From NCBI RefSeq assembly GCF_009914755.1, contig NC_060937.1: 64,000 nucleotides of DNA. The stretch is one strand, 5' to 3'. A program made the position numbers and the translations under genes. Under the pieces are notes generated by a model. It was not told where the DNA came from, did no database searches, and saw only the letters and a list, made by a program, of their open reading frames with translations. This document shows positions 55,939 through 64,000 of this stretch, piece after piece. The first letter of the stretch is position 1, and each line of letters starts with the position of its first letter. The stretch comes from the human T2T-CHM13v2.0 reference genome, Homo sapiens.

Positions 55939-56815
55939 TTTCAGGAGCTGAAAAGGGTCTGGATTTTACCCTACTTGAAAGATAACAGCTTTTCACAGTT
56001 TCATGGATGCTGACAGAAGACAGGATTTCTGGATCAGAGAAAGGCGGTGCAGTAGTCCCCTCTTAGCTGAGGAAAATACGTTTCAACATGCCCAGTGGTT
56101 GCCTGAAATCACAGATAGTACCAAACTCTACCTATGCTATGTTTTCTCCTATGCATACACACCTATGGTAAAGTTGAAGTTATAAATTAGGCACAGTAAG
56201 AGATTAATAACAATGACTAATAATAAAACACAGCAATTATAACAATATACTGCAGTAAAAGTTGTGGGAACATTTTCTCCCGGAATGTCCATTTAATATT
56301 CATGAACCACAGTTAATGCCGGTAACTGAAACTGAAAACAAAACTTCAGGTAAGCGGGGAATACTGTATTACTCACAACAGAAATGGTAACCAGAGGGCC
56401 AGCATATCTGGGCCAGTTTTCCCCGTCTCAATTCACACGGGATGACAAAAGGGACCAAATGACACCTGCATAAGCAGTGAATTCTGTTAAAAAAGAGAAA
56501 CCCAGGGCCAAGAATCTAGTACTTTTGGGCAAGCCACTAGCAAGTTTACTTTGCCCAGGGACTGAGTTACCTGGTAACCACACTCTCCTCACTCTGACCT
56601 ATTCAGCTGCCTATGTGACAAGCAGAAGCTTTGTAACCTGGTGCACTCAGAAAGAATGGGCAGGGATGATCAAGGCTCCTGGCAGATGTCTCTTCCAGCA
56701 TAAAGAACCTCAAATTCTCTATAACCCCAGAACATTGAATCTATATCTGTTTCCCAAAGTACTGTTTTTCTCTTCCATTGTAGAGTCTTTGCCAAGGTAG
56801 AATTCTTTCTATACC
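55939..56815 (-). mobile_element. LTR40-like ERVL LTR interrupted by MER44A
   Basis: GGGTCTGGATTTTACCCTACTTG..CACAGTTTCATGGATGCTGACAGAAGACA..TCAGAGAAAGG [MER44] TATTACTCACA; right boundary approximate. Confidence 0.6.
56050..56366 (+). mobile_element. MER44A (Tigger7-derived MITE)
   Basis: CAGTAGTCCCCTCTTAG ... TAAGCGGGGAATACTG terminal inverted repeats; TA at right flank; ATAAATTAGGCACAGTAAGAGATTAA core. Confidence 0.88.
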
Positions 56816-59800
56816 AGGAATTCAGTTTCCGCTGTGGCAGAATCAAATACATTTCAAGGTGATTTGTATTTGTCTCAAGAAGGTGGCATTAAAGTGAAAA
56901 AGTAGCTGAGAACAAGAAGAGGAAGGTTTAATGCAGTGGGGAAAAGGGAAAGCACACCTACAGCTCCCATTGAAAAATAGTTGTAAAGAAAATAGGCTAT
57001 TGATTTAAATTGAAATCCATAAGCTATACCATTAATGTTTGTATTTTGTGCCCTGGCATTATGAAAATTACCTAGTGAATTGTTCCAGAGAGTTATCATT
57101 TCATTTCTTTCCCTATTTCCCAAATTGTTCATGCTTGTTCCTCACATCATTTCATAAACATATTCTCCATGAATAGCCTAAAAACAGTATGGGAAACATC
57201 CTGCCATTTTCTCCTTTCTGAAGAAAATCATTCTGACTCTAAATTTCCTCTGTGGTATCTCAAAGGTTAGCTTTGCTTTACCCCAGGCTAAGCTGTGGAA
57301 ATGATTCATGAGCTTTTCCAACCTACTGTGACTCTTTCTACCCCCTGCCTTAAATATGGAACCCCGCATTGACTGTAAAACTTCACTGAGGCAAGGAAAG
57401 AATGTTAAGTTAATATACCTAGAAAGGCATGAGTCAAGGCAACTTGAAAGAATCCCCCATAATAATTCTTATGAAAATATACAAACCTAATCAACAATTC
57501 CCATTCAGAACTTGGCTACCTCTATCTTCCCAATGAGTTAACATCTAGTTTGCTGACAATGTGCTTAGCAGTCTTTTAGAAAGTTTACGTTAATGGTATA
57601 GTTTCTTTTTTTATTTTTCACTTACAAACTTGTAATTTTTCACCGAGGTCTAAGAATTTTACTAAATGATATATACGCAGTCATAAAATGTCCTTTTAAT
57701 ATTTGCTGTCATTTGTACATTTAAAAATAGGTCCTCTACTTTTACATTTCTACCTCAACTGCTTATACTAGCTACTATTTTACCTTTTTCTCTAGACTAA
57801 AATTGATATTGCCACCCCCCAGAGCATAACATGGCTTTACTAGCATTAAGACATAATTAAGAGACTGAATTCAGTGTTTCCTGGCTTTCTAATATTGGCT
57901 CTTTAAAATATAATTTAGTTATGAGGCTCTGCCCCTCAGGGGAAATACCAGTGACGACCAAATCAGTTTCTGGCAGTTACGTTTCAAATAACAGTGGGGT
58001 TTCTGTTTTCTGCCAGTCAAGAATCTTCCCTCAGATGCATCTTTTGTTAAAACCATGTAGGGGCAGAGTGTTGATTGACAATATAAAGTGTGATTCATTG
58101 ATATGATGCCAGATCCATGTACAAACAACAAGAACATTGATTAGCAACTTCGTAATAGTTGAATTCAAATATTTGAATATTTTAACATATATGTAACTAA
58201 AATCATATATACACGCCTCTTGCCTAATGGTGAGCATATCCTGGCATTTGAGATAGAATGCGTTAATCATGGAGATCTAAGCTTTAGGGAAAAGTTTAAT
58301 AAAGATAAAAGAGTGACTTGAATTTTATAAGGGAAGTATTTAGTAATTAAAGATACCACAGCTGCTAAAGATAATATAGTCATGAGATTTCATAATTATA
58401 AGGTCCTGGCATCCCTGCTTACAAACCTCACTCAATGGTAATATAATCATGCCCATTTGAGAATTGAAGAGATAAGAGAGTATGTGGTGTACAGCATCCA
58501 TTACTAGAAGGTCTATTATTTCACAACAATGGAGGACCAGAATGATCTACAGCAGAGAGAATTTTTGTTTTGTCATTCAATAAACATGTCACATATTTCT
58601 GCAACCCAACTTTTCAAGCCACATCTGCTATATACATGTAGGGAAGATTCATTAATGCAATGTCAGGAGTACTCTAATAAAAATAAAATGTCTGTTCCTG
58701 GGAGCCACCAAGTGGCTGCACTTGTATATACCTCCCCAGTTAGTATAATTTAGTGTATTGGCAGGGTCCAGGGAGTATTTCATTACATTTGTTTCCTCTT
58801 CCTTCCTATTTGCCTCACTCTGTAAATAATCCCTTTAGACCATTTTTCTCAAGGATGTAGAGAGAGAACCAAATGGTATTTTCAGTCTCCATACATGTAC
58901 AATTTGAGACACACTTTCTTCTGTACTATATGAGAATATACCAATGATGACATTCAAAAAGTGACATAATTTAGAGGCACAACATATAAACTTTATTTTG
59001 TATTAGAGAGGGTTTTTAACCCTATTTTAATTTTATGTTTTCTAACATTGGTTTCCAATTTACTTGCTTTTATCAGTTTTTTAATAATTATTTTAATCTG
59101 GTTTAAAAATACAATTTTTATTCAACCCTTGCTTACCAATAAACACCAGCAAAATATTATTATATAATTTCAACTCTTTCTTGGAATTCTATTTTCATTA
59201 AATGCTAAATAATAACCCTGCATTTTAAGTCAAATTAATTATATTCTGAGATCAAATTGATGGCTTTGCAAAAAACACATTGAAGTAAGTATCTACACAA
59301 GTAAACAATTAAGTGCATTAATTGAGATTCAGCATTCTGCAAAATATATGTGTCATATGCATATCTTGATATATTTCCTCTACAGCAATGTATATTTAAT
59401 CAGTATTTCTCTAAAATAGAAAATAATCCACTAGATCCTCTGAAGGAGACCTGTGCCTTTCATACCAATAAATCACTGAATATATTTGACTACATAACTT
59501 ATTTATTAGACTCTTAATTAACAAATTTTTTGACTATTGGATATTAATCATGACATATACTGGGCATGTTATGGATTTATATTCTGTAGTATTTAACAAT
59601 TAAGGTAATTCATTTTCCCCACAGTATGATAACAATTATTTTAATGAAATCTGTAATATTGTGTTTTACTGTGCACTGTTAGCAATAACCTAAAGTTATT
59701 CTGGTATGTCTCAGGGGTTTATATAGACTTTCGTGAATCCACTCATTCAGTTTTCACCTCTGGGCCTTCTCTAGAAGTCTATGGAGATGGACTAGGGTTA

Positions 59801-61006
59801 CATTCAACTCAGAGACATCACACTGGACTCAAAGTAGCTCTCCTCTCCAGTTTTGGGGTGCTTTCTAAGGCCATGTGCATCATGTCTGGGTTCTTCTTTC
59901 CTTAAATGTGTTCTCCCCAGAAAGATGCTATTTAGTCTCTTTTGAAAAAGGATTTCTGGCAGGGATATTCTACCAAGCCGAACTATTTTTGGATACCAGC
60001 TAAGTTTAAGCTAAGCTTTGCTATGTGAACTTCAGATAATTATCTTAAATTGCTGAATCTCATTTTAGAATGAAACGGTAGTACTACATGTTTCTAATTC
60101 TAATATATTTTCATATTATATGTAAGATCACATCAAGCATGATTATTATGTTTATTTAGCATTCATTTTTTGAGCATTGCCATGTGCCTAGCCTTGTTCT
60201 AGTTTCCAGTGACCCAAGGAGGGAAAAAGACCCTAAATTTGTGAAGCTTATTTTCTACTGTAGTCAGTACATTCCTACACCACAAAACAATTTTTTTTCC
60301 TCCAGATTCTTTCTAATTAAACATTTAGTCACCATAGCCTGTGCAAAAAAACACAAACAAAAAAACTCTGTTAACTGTAACCAATATTTCTTAATAGCTG
60401 CCCGTGAATGGGAAAGCTAACTTCAGATTTCACTTTGAAGTGGCAAAGCAAAACAAGAATATGTAAAAACAGACAAAAAAAGTTTATAAAACAATCACCC
60501 GCAGTGTAAAAAGAAGCCATGCCAAATACATTTGAATTCCAGAGTAATAGATATAGGTTTTGATTCAGCAACAAACAAAATCTCACATGTCAGAACATCA
60601 ATAAATAAAATCCCTAGATACATATCAACCTTAATTTACGGAACCACGCTATACTGGAATGACACCCTGTGATCCATTTCATACATTTATTTAATATTTC
60701 AAAGAAGAATATAAGAATGTTATTAGCCTACTAAATTGTAAATGATAGATCTACAGTCTTGTTTTCACTTACCATACCCTATACATCTTGCTGACAGCTT
60801 ACTTTTTGGAAGAGTTGGCTATGAATTACTCTTAAGCCTCTGAACTGTCTGATCCAAAGTTACTCTTCTATCTTCTCTTCCCTAGTGATAAAACATGTCT
60901 TTTTCTCAGGGGCCTCTTTTGTAAATTATAATTATTCTTATATAGTTCCCTTTGTTTTCTTGTTATTCCTTATTTCTCACATGGATGAGAAAGTGGAAGG
61001 ATAGGT

Positions 61007-61062
61007 TATCATATATATTTAACATTTCCTGATATATAATATATCATATATATTTAACATTT
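61007..61062. repeat. 21-bp perfect direct repeat with 14-bp spacer
   Basis: TATCATATATATTTAACATTT at 61007-61027 and 61042-61062. Confidence 0.93.
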
Positions 61063-61254
61063 ACATTAGGTATATCTCCTAATGCTATCCCTCCCCCCTC
61101 CTCCCACCCCCCAGCAGGCCCCGGTATATGATGTTCCCCACCCTGTGTCCATGTGTTCTCATTGCTCAGTTCCCACCTATGAGTGAGAACATGCAGTGTT
61201 CAGTTTTCTGTCCTTGCGATAGTTTGCTCAGAATGATGGTTTCCAGCTTCATCC
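61058..61254 (-). mobile_element. L1PA (about L1PA4-6) 3'UTR fragment lacking its terminus and tail
   Basis: CATTTACATTAGGTATATCTCCTAATGCTATCCCTCCCC...GATGGTTTCCAGCTTCATCC. Confidence 0.92.
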
Positions 61255-61524
61255 CAAATTTTAAAAATGCTAGCTATTAGAGACAATTTCAGAAACTATA
61301 GCCTCTGCTTATGAAAACTAGTGCCAAATCTCAGGGTTTAATTACTGTAAAATCTTCCCCAGCAGCAAATGAAGGAAATACATGCCATTGAATTCTGAGT
61401 TGAAATCTTTGAGTTCAGTCAATGTTTTCTGAAAATGAGCTCCTACAGGACCACCCACAACTGAATGCTTAGATTACATGTCATTGGACTCTGAGCCAAA
61501 TGGCAAAGTCTAAGAATTAAATTA

Positions 61525-61600
61525 TGCATAAATATGTAAATATAAATATGTATACACACATATACATATGTATACACACATATGCATATACATATACACT
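61525..61600. repeat. TA/CA-rich low-complexity repeat
   Basis: ATATGTATACACACAT-type units. Confidence 0.75.
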
Positions 61601-62714
61601 AAACTTATATGAGGACTTATAAAAGAAAATCCTAGTAAGTTCATGGCATAGGAGCTTTATTGTCACCCATAAAGCCTTCTCAAAATAGAGAGGAAAATGG
61701 AACATTCAGAAAAGTTAGGTGGTGGTTTCCAAGTGGCATTTATAGTAGATTTATAAATTAGAGAACCTTGTTTGGCAAAACAGTTGCTTAATATTCTGAA
61801 AATTCTACAAATACACTTTTTGTGAACATGTTTCTTTTGAAATCTGAGCAGAATTTTACAAGTTGAATTATTTTAAATGTAATTCTAAAAGACAGTTTTC
61901 ATATCTTTTGGGCATTTCATTAATTGTAAAGGCTACCCATGCTTTATTTAAAATAATACTTAAGTTATATTTTACAGTGAATGTGTCAATGTGCCAAGTG
62001 ACACCCACTGGTTTCTCTTTCCAGTAAACTTTCATGGGAGTTATATTTAATGACCCCGTTCATAAAAACAGGCTCCTTGCTGTCTGATAGAGTATTATTA
62101 CTATGAATGAAGAGATTCCTTAAGTATTTAAAGCTATCCACAGATTTGCAAAGTGTCTGTTAAAAGCTGCTTTCATCTTTGCTTTTCTTTGGGAACTACC
62201 TTTTGTTGATGTTGTTCTTGTTGTTATAGTGGTTGTTGCTGTTAGTGTTCACTGAAGAAAACAAGCTCTTACAAACAAAAAAGCATGAACAAAAAGAAAT
62301 AACTGGAGTGGGGGATGGACTCAGGCTTTTTTATGTGAGTTCTGTTCTCACTTCTACCACTATTTTCTTTTTATTTATTGAAATGATTCTGTAGCTCAGC
62401 AAGGGGAAAACAAAAGGCATGAAAATTCATTTAAGTACTCTCTTTTATTTATGTTAACATTTCATCATATGCTGTTTAACAATTTACTAAATGTTTATTA
62501 TGCACAGAGTTGCATTCTCAAGAGAATAAATAAGTTTCTGTCAGCACTTCTTTTAAGAAATCCTATTTTGGTTGTGGATTTTAAAAATTCATGATAAACA
62601 TTTCCTTCAGGAAGAAGCCGAGAAAGAAAATGCTTTGACACTGCTGATAAGTGAGCTTGTAACTAAAGAAATGGAAAACAAACACGTGCATAAATATTCA
62701 CTGTGTGTATATGT

Positions 62715-62817
62715 GAAGGGAAAGAGGAGGGAGGGAGACAGGAAAAGAGAGAAGGAGAGAGGAAGAGAGAAAGAGATAAAGAGAGAGAGGGACAGAGCAT
62801 GTGAAAGAGTGAGAGAA
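62715..62817. repeat. GA-rich polypurine tract
   Basis: About 100 bp of nearly pure A/G. Confidence 0.85.
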
Positions 62818-63099
62818 TAAAAACATAATTAATTCCTGGATTTTATGATCTCCCTGATTGCTTCAGTGTTAACATTCCCACAGTTTGTCACCAGTCATAC
62901 TTGCAAAATAGAAATAGAAAAGCACAGAGAATAGACTAGATGATGTCCAAGGTTCTCCCAGCTCCGAAGTTTTATTATTATATTAAGAAAAATATAGAAT
63001 AGAAAATAAATGTCAAATAAATGTCAAAAGATGAAGAATGGCAATCTCTACTACTTTCATATATCCTACATCATTTGACTCATATGTGGAGATTATGTG

Positions 63100-63163
<64 letters not shown>

Positions 63164-63170
63164 CATACAT
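63100..63170. repeat. (TA)n(CA)n microsatellite, about 24 CA units
   Basis: Uninterrupted CA run at about 63110-63157. Confidence 0.97.
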
Positions 63171-63284
63171 GAAATTTACCAGCACTAAGTTTTCATACTG
63201 AAAAATAAGAGAATTGGGTTGGAGGAAGAGTGACATTCTTGTCTTCCCTTCTTAATTATTTAATTTTTTAAAAGGAATGAGAAC

Positions 63285-63500
63285 ATTTATCAGTAGATTA
63301 TTATTTGTCAGGCACTCTTAGAAGCACTATATTAACTTATTGATATTTTTGATAACCTTATAATGCAAGAGTATTATGATAGTATCCTGATTTTTTAGAT
63401 GCACAGAATTCAAACATGAGCAGTTAAAACTTGCCAAAGTCACAGTGCCTCTAAGCAGCAGAGCAGGGTTTCTCAACCAAGTAGTCAGGTTCTGAGCTTA
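63285..63500 (-). mobile_element. MIR
   Basis: TTTTTTAGATGCACAGAATT..GCAGTTAAAACTTGCCAAAGTCACA..GCAGAGCAGGG. Confidence 0.65.
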
Positions 63501-63515
63501 TCCAGCACATCAATC

Positions 63516-64000
63516 TGTAACTACCCAGTGGGTTCTCTTTGCCTGCTGCCTAGACAGAGCTGATTTATCAAAACAGGGGGATTGCAATAGAGAAAGAGTT
63601 TAATACATGCAGAGCCGGCCTTATGAGAGACCAGTGTTTTATTATTACTCAAATCAGTCTCCCCGAAAATGCAGGAATAGGATTTTTTAAGGACAATTTA
63701 GTGGGTAGGGGGTCAGAAAATGGGTAGTGCTGATTGGTTGGGTCAGAGATGAAATCATAGAGAGTTGAAGCTGTCCTTTTGCACTGAGTCAGTTCCTGAG
63801 TGGAAGCCACAAGACCAGATGAGAATCTTGCAGCCTCTAGCTGCATGACTCCTAAACCATAATGTCTAATCTTGTAGCCAATTTGTTAGTCCTGCAAAGG
63901 CAGTCTAATCCCCAGGCAGGAGGGGATTTATTTGGGGAAAGGCTGTTATGGTCTTTATTTCAAAGCTAACCTATAAAGTAAGTTCCTCCAAAAGTTAGTT
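63516..64000 (-). mobile_element. LTR8-like ERV1 LTR (runs off window end)
   Basis: TGTAACTACCCAGTGGGTTC..GCCTGCTGCCTAGACAGAGCTGATTTATCAA..TTTTATTATTACTCAAATCAGTCTCCCC. Confidence 0.85.

Overview
AT-rich, repeat-dense primate genomic DNA, most likely human or another ape (AluY, AluS, AluJ, LTR12C, MER11 and L1PA are all present). It reads as intergenic or deep intronic. I find no credible protein-coding gene, tRNA, rRNA or CRISPR array. The ORF track is explained by Alu/LTR12 read-through, broken L1 ORF2 pieces, a CR1/L3 RT remnant and random AT-rich ORFs. Subfamily names come from my recall of consensus sequences and need RepeatMasker/Dfam confirmation. I did not find a new multi-gene biological system. 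The most interesting signals are structural: (1) a MER11/HERV-K(HML-8) provirus collapsed to LTR + 16 bp (PBS start fused to the PPT) + a second U5, all inside one 6-bp TSD; (2) a 153-bp templated insertion copied from 2.6 kb away and flanked by a 36-bp duplication; (3) a second probable short templated copy of a MER44 end; (4) a tailless, TSD-less L1PA fragment next to a 21-bp duplication; (5) a twin-primed 5'-inverted L1M hosting two LTRs; (6) a strong candidate 122-bp non-coding exon lying between the MER11 and LTR12C promoters.
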